Assembly (NCBI GenBank): GCA_965218785.1
Contig: OZ244650.1
Location: 1,888,001-1,952,000 of the forward strand
DNA from: Nitrosopumilus sp.
Lineage (GTDB): Archaea > Thermoproteota > Nitrososphaeria > Nitrososphaerales > Nitrosopumilaceae
Direction: 5' to 3'
Length of the DNA stretch: 64,000 nucleotides
The translations under genes were made by a program, and so were the position numbers. Positions 19,183 to 29,619 of this stretch are shown in pieces. Every line of letters starts with the position of its first letter. The first letter of the stretch is position 1. The notes under the pieces were generated by a model that worked only from the letters and a program-made list of their open reading frames with translations, did no database searches and had not been told where the DNA came from.

Positions 19183-20100
19183 ATGTTAATGGAGGCAAAA
19201 GCATTTTGTCCGGCTCATATTACGGGTTTTTTCAAGGCTCATTTAGATGATAGTCAAGACGCATTAGAGGATTTGGGATCAATGGGTGCCGGATTTTCAA
19301 TCAAGCAGGGTGTCACAACCAGGGTAAGAATCAACTCTGTGGATAACAAAGAATCAAACTTTAGAATTATTACAAAGGGGTATCAAACAGACAAGACGGA
19401 TGTTTCAGAATTTGTTTTAAATGAATTTTTAAAGCTGGGGGATTTTTCGACAAAGTTTTTTGATATTGAACATGACATATCAGTTCCAGTCGGATACGGC
19501 CTGGGTTCTAGCAGCGCTGTTGCCCTGTCACTATCATTTGCATTAGATGAGGCCCTGCAGACAAAATTAAACAGGACGAGAATCGGACAGATAGCACACA
19601 ACGCGGAGGTAAGCTGTAAAACGGGACTGGGTGATGTTCTGGCATCGTTTCACGGGGGTTTTGAGGTTCGTGTAAAACCCGGTGCTCCCGGTGTAGGCAG
19701 CGTCAAAAAAATCAGCACTGAAAAGATCTCCATAATCATGATATGTTTTTCCCCGATTTCCACAAACAGATTCATCAGGGAGCACCTCTCAAAGATTAAC
19801 GGTCTTGGCGGAAGAATGGTGGATGATTTATTGACATCAAAAGACTATAGGCATTTCCAGGACATGTCACTGGAGTTTGCAAAATATATTGATGTGATGA
19901 CTCCAAGAATGCAAAAGCTAGTAGATCAGTTGTATCACAACGGCATTAAATGCGGAATAGCGCTATTTGGGGAGACGGTTTTTTCAATGGTTCCAAAGAG
20001 AGACGAGCAAAAAGTTTTAGAGATTTTACGGGAACATCCTGATGGAATACTAATAAAATCAGAATTAGACGACGTTGGAGCAAGAGTTCTAAATAATTAG
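19183..20100 (+). CDS. Pantoate kinase (GHMP family)
   Basis: FCPAHITGFF, PVGYGLGSS, TGLGDV; first gene of the CoA operon. Confidence 0.9.
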   Translation: MLMEAKAFCPAHITGFFKAHLDDSQDALEDLGSMGAGFSIKQGVTTRVRINSVDNKESNFRIITKGYQTDKTDVSEFVLNEFLKLGDFSTKFFDIEHDISVPVGYGLGSSSAVALSLSFALDEALQTKLNRTRIGQIAHNAEVSCKTGLGDVLASFHGGFEVRVKPGAPGVGSVKKISTEKISIIMICFSPISTNRFIREHLSKINGLGGRMVDDLLTSKDYRHFQDMSLEFAKYIDVMTPRMQKLVDQLYHNGIKCGIALFGETVFSMVPKRDEQKVLEILREHPDGILIKSELDDVGARVLNN

Positions 20101-20109
20101 CAGAGATAA

Positions 20110-20877
20110 ATGTCTTCAATTCCCAAATCACATCCAAGGGCCAAATCACTTTTGATTCGTGAGAGGTTGGTGAGTGGGTTTGATAATGGACTGGTTGCAA
20201 AAGAAGGGCTTTTGGCCCAGGGAAGGGGGGAGGCCTTTGATTACCTGCTAGGGGAGAAAACCAGAAGAACCGCAAGACGGGCACTCAAGGCGGCTGCCGC
20301 ACAGCTGCTTCTAGCAGAGATGCCGGTGATCTCAGTTAATGGCAATATTGCAGCGTTGTGCCCGGAACAAATTGTACGATTATCAAGGCAGATCAATGCA
20401 AAGTTGGAGGTGAATCTGTTTTATGCAGACAAAAAGAGAAGGCAGGCAATAGTCAGGACGCTCAAAAAAAACGGCGCAGACAAAGTCCTGGGGACAGAGC
20501 ATGCGGCATTAACGAGGCTGTCTGGAATAGATTCTGCAAGGAGGCTAGTCGACAGAAACGGGATATTTGCATCAGATGTGGTAGTTGTCCCCCTGGAGGA
20601 CGGGGACAGGACGCTGGCACTAAGAAGGGCAGGCAAGGTCGTCATCACGTTTGATCTAAATCCCCTCTCTAGGACTTCGCAGACGGCTGATATTACAATT
20701 GTGGATAATGTCACACGGGCAGTTGATCTGTTGATTGCAGAATCCGGCAGATTATCCAAAAAGAGTCAAAAGGCACTCCGAGAGATTGTTTCTGGCTTTG
20801 ATAACAAGAAAAATCTCAGCGAAGATGTGATTCAGATAAGAAACAATCTGACAAGGAGGGCAGCCGGCATTGCATAA
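20110..20877 (+). CDS. 4-phosphopantoate--beta-alanine ligase (phosphopantothenate synthetase)
   Basis: IPKSHPR..SL..RE, GRGEAFDYLLGE, VPLEDGDR, DLNPLSRT. Confidence 0.95.
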   Translation: MSSIPKSHPRAKSLLIRERLVSGFDNGLVAKEGLLAQGRGEAFDYLLGEKTRRTARRALKAAAAQLLLAEMPVISVNGNIAALCPEQIVRLSRQINAKLEVNLFYADKKRRQAIVRTLKKNGADKVLGTEHAALTRLSGIDSARRLVDRNGIFASDVVVVPLEDGDRTLALRRAGKVVITFDLNPLSRTSQTADITIVDNVTRAVDLLIAESGRLSKKSQKALREIVSGFDNKKNLSEDVIQIRNNLTRRAAGIA

Positions 20878-21709
20878 ATCGGTTCAGGATATTACCAGTA
20901 TGAAAAGAGAAAAGAGAAAGATCACAGTCATTACAAGCTATGATTATACGATGGCTTCACTGTGTGAAAAGGCGGGAATTGACGTGTTGCTAGTCGGGGA
21001 TAGTGCGGGAATGGTAATGCTGGGTTATGAGAATACGATTCCGGTAACAATGGATCAGATGTGCATGTTTACAGAGGCAGTCAGCAAGGCAAGAAAGAAC
21101 GCTTTGCTGGTATCAGACCTGCCGTTTATGTCATACCAGGCAAGTATTGAGGAGGCAATCAAGAATTCAGGCAGATTGATCAGGGCAGGTGCGGATGCCG
21201 TAAAACTTGAAGGAGGTTCAGCCATGGCCGAGACAGTTAGTGCGATCGTGGATGTTGGGATTCCGGTGATGGGACACATCGGGCTGCAGCCACAAACAAC
21301 GATGCTTTCACAGGGATACAAAGTACAGGGAAGAACAAAAGATGCGGCCATGAAGCTAATCGAGGATGCAAAAGAGCTTGAAGAGGCAGGCGCATTTGGC
21401 ATTGTACTGGAGATGATAAGTCACGAGGTATCTGAGATAATTTCTGAGACTATTAGCATACCGACCATCGGAATCGGGTCCGGTGCCGGCTGTGACGGAC
21501 AGGTACTGGTGATACAGGACCTGCTGGGAATGTATGACAGGATAAAGCCGAAATTTGCAAAAAGATACATGAGTCTGTCCAAAGATATCGTAACATCACT
21601 TGAAAGTTACAAGAGGGACGTGGAATCAGGCGAGTTTCCTGCAGAAGAGAACTGGTTTTCAATGGATATGAAAGAACTAGAAAGATTACGTGGGAAGATT
21701 GGCAGCTGA
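20870..21709 (+). CDS. panB: 3-methyl-2-oxobutanoate hydroxymethyltransferase
   Basis: LLVGDS, DLPFMSY, VKLEGG, GHIGLQPQ, GIGSG..CDGQVLV. Confidence 0.97.
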   Translation: MHKSVQDITSMKREKRKITVITSYDYTMASLCEKAGIDVLLVGDSAGMVMLGYENTIPVTMDQMCMFTEAVSKARKNALLVSDLPFMSYQASIEEAIKNSGRLIRAGADAVKLEGGSAMAETVSAIVDVGIPVMGHIGLQPQTTMLSQGYKVQGRTKDAAMKLIEDAKELEEAGAFGIVLEMISHEVSEIISETISIPTIGIGSGAGCDGQVLVIQDLLGMYDRIKPKFAKRYMSLSKDIVTSLESYKRDVESGEFPAEENWFSMDMKELERLRGKIGS

Positions 21710-22961
21710 AAAAAAACCAAGTAAGAAGAGCCATCCGTCACTGGATATTGTCAGTTCGCACGGCACCGAATTATCAGGAAGGAGAATCGTGCTTTGTGTG
21801 GCCGGAAGTGTTGCAGCATACAAGGCAATCGAGCTTGCAAGACTGCTGATGCGGCACGGCGCAGATGTCACGTGTGTGGCAAGCAACGCCGTTACAAGAT
21901 TGATACAGCCTGATTACTTCAAGTGGGCCACGGGAAACAGCGTAGTTACAAGGCTTACAGGCAATCTTGAGCACATCAGACTGGCAGATTATGGCCAATC
22001 AGATCTGATAATCGTGTATCCCGGCACTGCAAACACGCTGGGAAAGTTGGCAAACGGCATTGATGATACGCCGATTTCCACGGTACTTACAGTGGGATTT
22101 GGATCAAAGATTCCAATCCTGATGTGTCTTGCCATGCATGAATCAATGTATGGGAATTCGGCGGTGCAGAGGAATATGAAGTTTCTAAAAAACAGGATTG
22201 AGTTTGTTTTGCCCAAAATGACTGAGGGAAAGGCAAAGGCGCCAGAACCAGAAGACGTGCTTGATTACACCCTGATGAGGTTTGGGGCATCACCGGTTCT
22301 AAAGAAGCAGAGGGTCCTGATAACTGCGGGACCGACAATGGAATACATTGATCCCCTCAGAGTGATTACAAACATCAGTTCAGGCAAAACCGGCGTTCTT
22401 CTGGCCTCGGAGCTGGTTTCAGCGGGAGCAAAAGTTACAATGGTGTACGGTCCTGCAGGCCTGAATCCGCCACGGGGGGCAAAGACGATCAGGGTGAGGA
22501 CCGGCAGTGAGATGTTTGATGCTGTAAAAAATCAGTTAAAAAAGAAATTTGATCTCATAATCATGGCAGCTGCCGTCTCTGATTATACCCCACAGAAAAA
22601 AGCAGGATCAAAGAAGATCAAAAGTGACCGGAGAACGCTGACAATTAAACTCAAAAAGGCGCCAAAGATAATAGACCACGTAAGAGAATCCCAGAAGGAT
22701 GCGTTACTAGTTGGATTCAAGGCAGAGACGAACATATCAAAAAAGTCGCTTGTCAAATCAGCCCAGAAAAAGATGAGGGAGAGCGGGGCAGACATGATAA
22801 TTGCAAATGATATCGGCGCGAAATATCAAAAAAATCCAGAGTATAACCAGGTGGTAATAGTAAGTTCAACAGGTATGGTTTCATCGGGGCGAAGAAAGAA
22901 GGAACATATTGCAAAATTCATCAAAAGGGAGATTGAGAGGAAGCTAAATGAAAAACTCTGA
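21699..22961 (+). CDS. coaBC: Bifunctional phosphopantothenoylcysteine decarboxylase/ligase
   Basis: GSVAAYK, TANTLGKLANGIDD, TAGPT.E.IDP.R.ITN.SSG, AAVSDY, VGFKAE. Confidence 0.96.
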   Translation: MAAEKKPSKKSHPSLDIVSSHGTELSGRRIVLCVAGSVAAYKAIELARLLMRHGADVTCVASNAVTRLIQPDYFKWATGNSVVTRLTGNLEHIRLADYGQSDLIIVYPGTANTLGKLANGIDDTPISTVLTVGFGSKIPILMCLAMHESMYGNSAVQRNMKFLKNRIEFVLPKMTEGKAKAPEPEDVLDYTLMRFGASPVLKKQRVLITAGPTMEYIDPLRVITNISSGKTGVLLASELVSAGAKVTMVYGPAGLNPPRGAKTIRVRTGSEMFDAVKNQLKKKFDLIIMAAAVSDYTPQKKAGSKKIKSDRRTLTIKLKKAPKIIDHVRESQKDALLVGFKAETNISKKSLVKSAQKKMRESGADMIIANDIGAKYQKNPEYNQVVIVSSTGMVSSGRRKKEHIAKFIKREIERKLNEKL

Positions 22962-23103
22962 GATTAAAATTGGCATCATCAGATATAAGATCAGAGAAGA
23001 GCGCAGAAAGAAACGTGCAGGCAGTCAAATACAATCAAGGGGATTGAACACTTCATGAAACGGGAAGAACATTAAAATCTGATTTGAATAATTTTAAAAA
23101 AGA

Positions 23104-23952
23104 TTGAACCAGATAAGATCGTCTGAATATAAAAAACGAAACATGGCAGTTTGGAACGAGGTCGCGCCAAGATATCACAAAAGGTGGGCCTCCTCCTCTA
23201 ACTGCGGCCCGTTTCAGAGTACGCAAAAGCTAGTAGAGTCAGTCAATGTCAGAAAAGGCGACAGGATTCTAGATATGGCGTGTGGTACGGGCGTTGTAAC
23301 CAAAAGACTGCTCAGGGGCATTGGCAGGTCAGGTTATGTGGTTGGTGCAGATACATCCATCACTGCAATAAAGATTGCAAAAAAGTCGAATTTAAAACCG
23401 CCAAACCTTGTTTTTGTAAATGCCGATGCAGAAAATTTTTCCTTTAAAGAAAAATTCGACATCATAACGTGTCAGTATGCGTTGTTTTTCTTTCCAAACG
23501 CCCTCAAGGCACTAAAAAACATGCGAAAAAGTCTCAGTGAATCAGGTACCATGGGCATATCCGTGCACGGTCACAAAAACAAGGTGCCGTTTTTTGCAAG
23601 TATCCTAGATGCAGTAACCCAGTTTATTCCAGATTACGTTGCCCCAGGTACCCCCTCCTTTGACAGGTATGGGACAAAAAATTTGCTGCGCAATGAAATT
23701 ACAAAGTCCGGATTCTCAAGAGTTACAGTCAGGGATTACACCTTCCAGTATAGTCCGGGAAGTTTTGAAGAGTACTGGAGGGATTATTTCAGATATGTTG
23801 CAAGACCGATCAGGGAGAAACTGGACCTGCTTGAAAGATCGCAGCGAAGGGAACTCCGGGGGATGGTAAAGGAGAATACAAGGCCGTTCACAAACAAGGA
23901 TGGAATAATACGGTTTCCTTGGCAAGTTTTAATTTCAACTGCAAAACACTAG
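23104..23952 (+). CDS. Class I SAM-dependent methyltransferase (UbiE-like)
   Basis: ILDMACGTG motif I, DAE, FDIITC. Confidence 0.88.
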   Translation: MNQIRSSEYKKRNMAVWNEVAPRYHKRWASSSNCGPFQSTQKLVESVNVRKGDRILDMACGTGVVTKRLLRGIGRSGYVVGADTSITAIKIAKKSNLKPPNLVFVNADAENFSFKEKFDIITCQYALFFFPNALKALKNMRKSLSESGTMGISVHGHKNKVPFFASILDAVTQFIPDYVAPGTPSFDRYGTKNLLRNEITKSGFSRVTVRDYTFQYSPGSFEEYWRDYFRYVARPIREKLDLLERSQRRELRGMVKENTRPFTNKDGIIRFPWQVLISTAKH

Positions 23953-23967
23953 ATTCAGGGAAGAGAG

Positions 23968-24471
23968 ATGGGAAGAGACGCAAGAAAGAAAAAGAGGAAG
24001 AATGATGAAGATAAAGAAAGGCCGAAAGGATCAGATTTCAAGGCGTTTCTCAAAAAAAGAGCCCCGATCTATCTTGGCGTGATCGCCTTGTTTCTGGTCT
24101 TTGTAATTCCCGAATTGACAAAGGGGGATCTGCAAGGCAGTCTGCCGGAGCTTTCAGCAGGGGAGCAACAGGCAGCAGACATCATAATGGAGTATGACGG
24201 ACCAAACAAGACGGGATTGAGCGTAATGGATGCAATTACAGATGAAATTAGCGAGACGTATCCCAATGAGAAAATATTTGACAACAAAAAAACCAGCGTG
24301 TCCCTGACGGTTTCAGATATTGATGATGAGAACCGTCATGTTGTTTTTAATTTTCAATCACACAAGGGGGAGATACGTTATGACTGGAATGTCAATATTA
24401 ATTCGGGGGAGATCACGCCAAATGACCCAGAGTCAGAATACATTATTGATCTGGTAGACTATTACGACTAG
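23968..24471 (+). CDS. Membrane-anchored hypothetical protein
   Basis: Basic N-terminus, one TM, acidic C-terminal domain. Confidence 0.7.
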   Translation: MGRDARKKKRKNDEDKERPKGSDFKAFLKKRAPIYLGVIALFLVFVIPELTKGDLQGSLPELSAGEQQAADIIMEYDGPNKTGLSVMDAITDEISETYPNEKIFDNKKTSVSLTVSDIDDENRHVVFNFQSHKGEIRYDWNVNINSGEITPNDPESEYIIDLVDYYD

Positions 24472-25535
24472 CAGACTGTAACCAGGTCTTTGGTGAATTT
24501 GTGCATTACAACGGGTCTTTCCCTTACAATAACAGAGTCCTCGATTCTGATTCCGAACTTGTTTTCAATGTAGATCCCAGGCTCCACGGTAATTGCCATG
24601 TCTTTTTTTAATTTTGTACCGCTTTGATATGAGACGGCCGGGGGCTCGTGCACCTCCAGACCGATTCCGTGTCCGGTGGAATGGATAAAATACCGGCCAA
24701 AGTTTTTTTCCTTGATGTAATCCCGGCATGCAGAATCCACATCCCTGCAGTACGTGTTTGGTCTGACTGCCTTGAGGCCCAGCTTTTGTGATTCCCTGAC
24801 AACTTCATATGCCTTGCTTGCCTGGGACGGGATTTTTCCAACTGCAAAAGTTCTTGTCGCATCAGAGACATACCCCCTGTATCTTAATGTGAGATCAGCG
24901 ACAATCAGATCACCTTTCTTGAACTTTCTTTGGCCCACCTGGGCATGAGGTAAGGCGCCGTTTGGACCTCCGGCAATAATGAGGGGGTTGAGCGTGGATT
25001 TGTATCCGGTATCAAACATCTGCTGTTCCATCGCATATGCCATCAGAATGCTCTGCAATTCCGACTCTTTCTGGCCTTCTCTGATCCTCTCAGAGCAGAT
25101 CTCGAACATTTCATCAATAATTTTTGAGGCGGTTTTGAGGATCTGAATCTCTTTTTCATCCTTGATTATCCGAGAATTGTAAAACGGTTCAGTTGAGGCC
25201 TTTATTTTTGGAACGGATTTCTTCAGCGACATCATGGTGTGGTAGTTCTGAGAGTCGGTGCAGACCTGTTTTTTCTTGATCCGCCCGGGAAGCTGGGAGG
25301 CCAGGCCGGTTCGGCGCTGCGCTGTAATCACGGTACAGTCTTTGGATTCTGCCTTTGCCCTGCCCACCTCGAGTTCCGGGGCAATGATGGTGGTTTCCCC
25401 GCTGCCTTCAAGCAGTCCTACTGCCTCGCCCCAGAATCCAGTCATGTAAAACAAATTTTCAGGCTCAAATGCGACTAGCGTATCACAGCCAATCTTCTGG
25501 GCATGTTTTAGAAGATTCTTTCTTCGAGGCCTCAC
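24468..25535 (-). CDS. Xaa-Pro peptidase (M24)
   Basis: ALPH, YVSDATRT, HSTGHGIGLEVHE, TVEPGIY, GIRIED. Confidence 0.95.
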   Translation of the reverse strand: MRPRRKNLLKHAQKIGCDTLVAFEPENLFYMTGFWGEAVGLLEGSGETTIIAPELEVGRAKAESKDCTVITAQRRTGLASQLPGRIKKKQVCTDSQNYHTMMSLKKSVPKIKASTEPFYNSRIIKDEKEIQILKTASKIIDEMFEICSERIREGQKESELQSILMAYAMEQQMFDTGYKSTLNPLIIAGGPNGALPHAQVGQRKFKKGDLIVADLTLRYRGYVSDATRTFAVGKIPSQASKAYEVVRESQKLGLKAVRPNTYCRDVDSACRDYIKEKNFGRYFIHSTGHGIGLEVHEPPAVSYQSGTKLKKDMAITVEPGIYIENKFGIRIEDSVIVRERPVVMHKFTKDLVTVC

Positions 25536-25605
25536 ACAAAGACACGCCAGCCTTGCAATTTATGTATGGTGCAAAGTTTGTATATGGAAATTCATGTAGA
25601 TCGTC

Positions 25606-26619
25606 ATGGCAGAAGAAAAAGAGAAGAAGAAAGTAGTGGCGCTACTCTCAGGCGGTCTTGACAGCCAGCTTGCAGTAAGAATGATGCAGGAACAGGGTTT
25701 TGATGTATCGGCTGTTGCAATAAAGACCCCCTTTTGTGATTTTGATTGTGGCAGGGGATGCGGATTTGAGATCAGGGAGAGGGCCGATGATCTTAATGTA
25801 AATCTAAAGACTGTTTATCTTGGTGATGAGTATATCGAGATGTTAAAGCATCCCAAACACGGAATTGGCGCGGGTTTTAATCCGTGCATTGACTGCCGTG
25901 CCATGATGTTTGATGCTGCAAAAAAACACATGAAGGAGATTGGCGCGGAATTTATTATTTCAGGAGAAGTGCTAGGCCAGCGTCCGATGAGTCAGCACGG
26001 ACCGGCGTTGAGGATCATTGAAAAAGAATCGGATCTGGTTGGAAAGATTGTAAGACCGTTATCTGCCGCACTGCTGCCGGTAACAGACCCCGAGAGGGAC
26101 GGGCTGATCAAAAGGGAGAACCTGGGAATGATCAGGGGCAGAACCAGAAGGGGCCAGCTACAGATGGCAAAAGAGTACGGCATTGAAAATCCGCCCAATG
26201 CCGGGGGAGGATGTCTGTTAACAGAGCCACAGTTTGGAGTCAAGGCAAAGGATCTGTTTGGACACACCGAGACTCCGACGATCAACGATGTTGATCTGTT
26301 AAAGATTGGCAGACATTTCAGATTGGATGAGGAGACAAAGTTTGTAGTCGGAAGAAACAAAGACGAGAACGAGATGATCAAGGCAATAGCGCTGCCAGGT
26401 GATATATTACTTGAGGCCAGGGATTACATGGGACCGGTTTCAATTCTGCGCGGCAAGAACGCAGAGACACATGTAGGATTTGCATCATCTGTGACACTAA
26501 GATATTCAGACGCTCCAAAGGACCGACCCGGAACCGTTCTAACAAGAGATGGCAGTACATCTGAGGAAATAAGCATTCAGAACGCATCAGAAGAGTCCTA
26601 CATTAAATTTAGAATTTAG
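25606..26619 (+). CDS. PP-loop tRNA thiolation enzyme (ThiI/MnmA-like with DUF814-type C-terminus)
   Basis: LLSGGLDS, NPCIDC, GEVLGQRPMSQ, GGCLLT, GRHFR. Confidence 0.85.
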   Translation: MAEEKEKKKVVALLSGGLDSQLAVRMMQEQGFDVSAVAIKTPFCDFDCGRGCGFEIRERADDLNVNLKTVYLGDEYIEMLKHPKHGIGAGFNPCIDCRAMMFDAAKKHMKEIGAEFIISGEVLGQRPMSQHGPALRIIEKESDLVGKIVRPLSAALLPVTDPERDGLIKRENLGMIRGRTRRGQLQMAKEYGIENPPNAGGGCLLTEPQFGVKAKDLFGHTETPTINDVDLLKIGRHFRLDEETKFVVGRNKDENEMIKAIALPGDILLEARDYMGPVSILRGKNAETHVGFASSVTLRYSDAPKDRPGTVLTRDGSTSEEISIQNASEESYIKFRI

Positions 26620-26692
26620 GCGTGAAATTTTTTAAAAATTAGTTGGAGCTAGGGAAGAGTTTTTGAGCAAGTAGATATCATTTTCATCAAGG

Positions 26693-26971
26693 ATGCAAAA
26701 ACAGGAAAACCCAACATATCTGAAGGCCATAACAATCAGGGATATCAGCGATGTTCACTCCATCAAGGAGGACATCAAGAAGGGAATGATTCTGATTCTA
26801 AGGGTGACGCCGCTTGCGCAAAAGGATGTGAATCAGCTTCGCAAGGTCGTCGAGGAGCTGTACACCATTGCAAAAACTGCCGATGCCGACATTGCAAGGC
26901 TCGGAGAGGAGAGAATCATTGTTACGCCATCAAGCATAAAAATCTGGAAGCCAGAATACGATCTAAAATAG
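26693..26971 (+). CDS. sepF: Cell division protein SepF (archaeal)
   Basis: DIARLGEERIIVTP C-terminal motif. Confidence 0.8.
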   Translation: MQKQENPTYLKAITIRDISDVHSIKEDIKKGMILILRVTPLAQKDVNQLRKVVEELYTIAKTADADIARLGEERIIVTPSSIKIWKPEYDLK

Positions 26972-28903
26972 TTTTATTGCTTCTTGAACCTGCGGATAGT
27001 GTGCCGGAATTCTGTACATTCGTCTGATATTCATGGCCAGGTTTTCTGATTTTTTACGTTCGCCGTGATTGACCAGGATTCTTTTGAGTTTTGGCCGCAG
27101 TCTTTGTACAAACGACATTAGCTGGTTGTAGTCGCTGTGACCGCTAAACCCGTCCAGTTTTTCAACGCTGCAGTTGATGGTGACCACCTCGACTTTGCCC
27201 TCTCTTCCCAGCATTGATACCTGCTTGGAGCCATCAAGGACCCTTCTTCCCATGGTTCCATTAACCTGATATGAGACAAACAACACCTTGTTCTTTTTGT
27301 CCGGGGAGATATTTTTAAAGTATTCCAGAACGGGACCGCCCTCCAGCATTCCGGATGTTGCCAGGATGATACATGGCGTGTTTGCCCGCATCGGCTCCTC
27401 TCTGGCATCTGAGTGTTCGATGTTTGTAAAGTATTCCGAGTCAAACGGATTGTCATCAGTCTCCAGTATTTTTTGTTTGAGCTCCCTTGCCAGATACTCC
27501 GGATAGGATTCATGGATTGCCGATGCCTCTGAGATCATGCCTTCGGTAAACACGGGGGCCTCGATCATCTCGCCGGATTTCATATAGTGATCAATTACCA
27601 TCATGATCTCCTGTGCACGTCCGACTGCCGGGATTGGTATCAGGACTTTGCCGCCGTCAGCCAGGGTGTTGTTTACCGCGTTGATGAATGCGGATTCCAC
27701 CTCCTGTCTGCTTGGTTGAATGTCCTCTTTTAGGCCATACGTGCTTTCAATTAGCAGCGTCTCCACTCTTGGAAAGTTCCAGCTGGCTGCCTCAAAGAGG
27801 ATGCTCTTTCCAAACTTTATGTCGCCGGAATAAACAAAGTTGTGATTGCCATTGCCAATATGAAAATGACATAATGCAGAACCCAGGATGTGGCCCGCGT
27901 TTGCAAGAACCAGTTTTATGTCAGGGGAGATGTCAGTTACGGTTCCGTATGGCAGGGTGATTGTCTGTCTCATGACCTGTTTGACATCCCGGTCTGAATA
28001 AATCGGGGATCTGCCCTGGGCTGCTGCCACCTTGATTGCATCAAGCTGGATTAGATTCATCATGGGAAGTGTCGGCTCCGTACAGTAGATGGGGCCCTTG
28101 TAGCCGTATTTGCAGAGAGCCGGCAGGAATCCCGTGTGATCCAGGTGCGCGTGTCCGATTACCACCGCATCAAGTTCGTCTAGCGTCAGACTCAGGGAAT
28201 CCAGTCTAGGATACGCATCCATCGGCGAGCGTGCGCCTGGATTGATTCCGCAGTCAATTAGGATCTTGCTCTCGGGGGTGGATAACAGCATGGAGGATCT
28301 GCCCACCTGGCCGAATCCGCCAAGCGTGTAAAGGGAGACCTCGGTCCGCGGGGAGAGTCTTGGCCTGAAGATGTCATCGCCTACCTGCTTGAGCTGCTTG
28401 CTTCGCTCAGAAGAATACTGTTTTAGCGTGGAGTTGATTGTCTGAATAGTACGTGATGGTATGGTGGTAGCTTTTCTGACGCGTATCTTCCATCCTATTT
28501 TTTCTGTAATCTCGGCGTGATTGAACTCCTTTGCGTCCCTTTGCAGCAGCCACGGTCTTTTGGCCTCAATTGAAACCTCGCCTGTGGCAGTATCAAAGGT
28601 GGTTCCCTGCAGGGCCGCATCCTTTGGAACACAGTCCTTAAGAATCCGTCCCGCCTCGACTTCGGGTTTCCTGATTGATTCGTCAGTCCTTACAACGATT
28701 CTTTTTTTTATTACGTTGACCAGATTTGATATCGTCTCGTTGTTTTCCATCAGAAAGCGGGGGGTGTTTGTGTAAAGGGCAATCCGCGGTCCCTCATATT
28801 CAATTTTTGTGACGTTTGCATCCCTGGGAATACTTTGCAGTATGGTGGCCATTATATTCTGGCTAGTAGGTATGTCTTTTTGTTGTTGTTGTTTTCGTTG
28901 CAT
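26963..28903 (-). CDS. beta-CASP ribonuclease aCPSF1 / termination factor FttA
   Basis: N-terminal KH domains, HAHLDH, AGHILGS, GFSGHSD, NHGE. Confidence 0.96.
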   Translation of the reverse strand: MQRKQQQQKDIPTSQNIMATILQSIPRDANVTKIEYEGPRIALYTNTPRFLMENNETISNLVNVIKKRIVVRTDESIRKPEVEAGRILKDCVPKDAALQGTTFDTATGEVSIEAKRPWLLQRDAKEFNHAEITEKIGWKIRVRKATTIPSRTIQTINSTLKQYSSERSKQLKQVGDDIFRPRLSPRTEVSLYTLGGFGQVGRSSMLLSTPESKILIDCGINPGARSPMDAYPRLDSLSLTLDELDAVVIGHAHLDHTGFLPALCKYGYKGPIYCTEPTLPMMNLIQLDAIKVAAAQGRSPIYSDRDVKQVMRQTITLPYGTVTDISPDIKLVLANAGHILGSALCHFHIGNGNHNFVYSGDIKFGKSILFEAASWNFPRVETLLIESTYGLKEDIQPSRQEVESAFINAVNNTLADGGKVLIPIPAVGRAQEIMMVIDHYMKSGEMIEAPVFTEGMISEASAIHESYPEYLARELKQKILETDDNPFDSEYFTNIEHSDAREEPMRANTPCIILATSGMLEGGPVLEYFKNISPDKKNKVLFVSYQVNGTMGRRVLDGSKQVSMLGREGKVEVVTINCSVEKLDGFSGHSDYNQLMSFVQRLRPKLKRILVNHGERKKSENLAMNIRRMYRIPAHYPQVQEAIKLF

Positions 28904-28910
28904 TAAATCA

Positions 28911-29543
28911 CTAAAGTTCGATGACGGCTTTCTTTTGCTCGTCAGTCAAAAGACGGAATCCGTCCTTGTCCATTACTGCGACGTTTATTCCGTCGCCAGT
29001 ACCGATATTTCTGATAATTGCGGCCTTTACTGCCCGCAGGGCGATCTTTTTTGCATCATCAACTGTAAGATCGTTCCGGTACTCCTCCTCAAGCAGACCG
29101 TATGCCACAGGTGAGCCGCTGCCGGTTGTAACATATGATTTTTCCTCGACTGAACCGAACATGTCGATGTTAAAGAGTGCCGGACCGTCTGCATCATAAC
29201 CGCCGACTAGGATGTCGGCCATGAAGGGATAGCCCCTGTTTTGATGGAATATCAAAGAGCAGAGTCGTGCAAGGGAGTGAATCGGGATTGGACTCTGTTT
29301 TTGAACCCTGTGAAGATTGGAATGATAGCGCAGGATATCAACAATGTTTTGAGCGTCTGCCACGCCTCCTGCCAGCGTCAGTCCGGCATGCAGGTCGATT
29401 TTCTGGATCTTCATCGTGTTGTTGTTTGCAATGAAATAACCGGCACTTGCCCTCATATCGGCACATAATACAATACCATCGGTGGCCTTGATACCTACAG
29501 TGGTAGTCCCGTGCAGAATTTTTTCTTCAACATTGTTCGACAA
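28911..29543 (-). CDS. psmB: Proteasome subunit beta
   Basis: Propeptide followed by HG|TTTVGI; GSGSPVAYG. Confidence 0.96.
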   Translation of the reverse strand: MSNNVEEKILHGTTTVGIKATDGIVLCADMRASAGYFIANNNTMKIQKIDLHAGLTLAGGVADAQNIVDILRYHSNLHRVQKQSPIPIHSLARLCSLIFHQNRGYPFMADILVGGYDADGPALFNIDMFGSVEEKSYVTTGSGSPVAYGLLEEEYRNDLTVDDAKKIALRAVKAAIIRNIGTGDGINVAVMDKDGFRLLTDEQKKAVIEL

Positions 29544-29619
29544 AAAATACACCTATTAAGATAAGTATGTGTCATTACACCCTTTTAAATAACTTTTTGA
29601 TCCCTTGAAATAATAAATA

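Noticed and set aside
22948-23058. 36-aa basic ORF overlapping the coaBC end
   Set aside because: No promoter, motif or other support.
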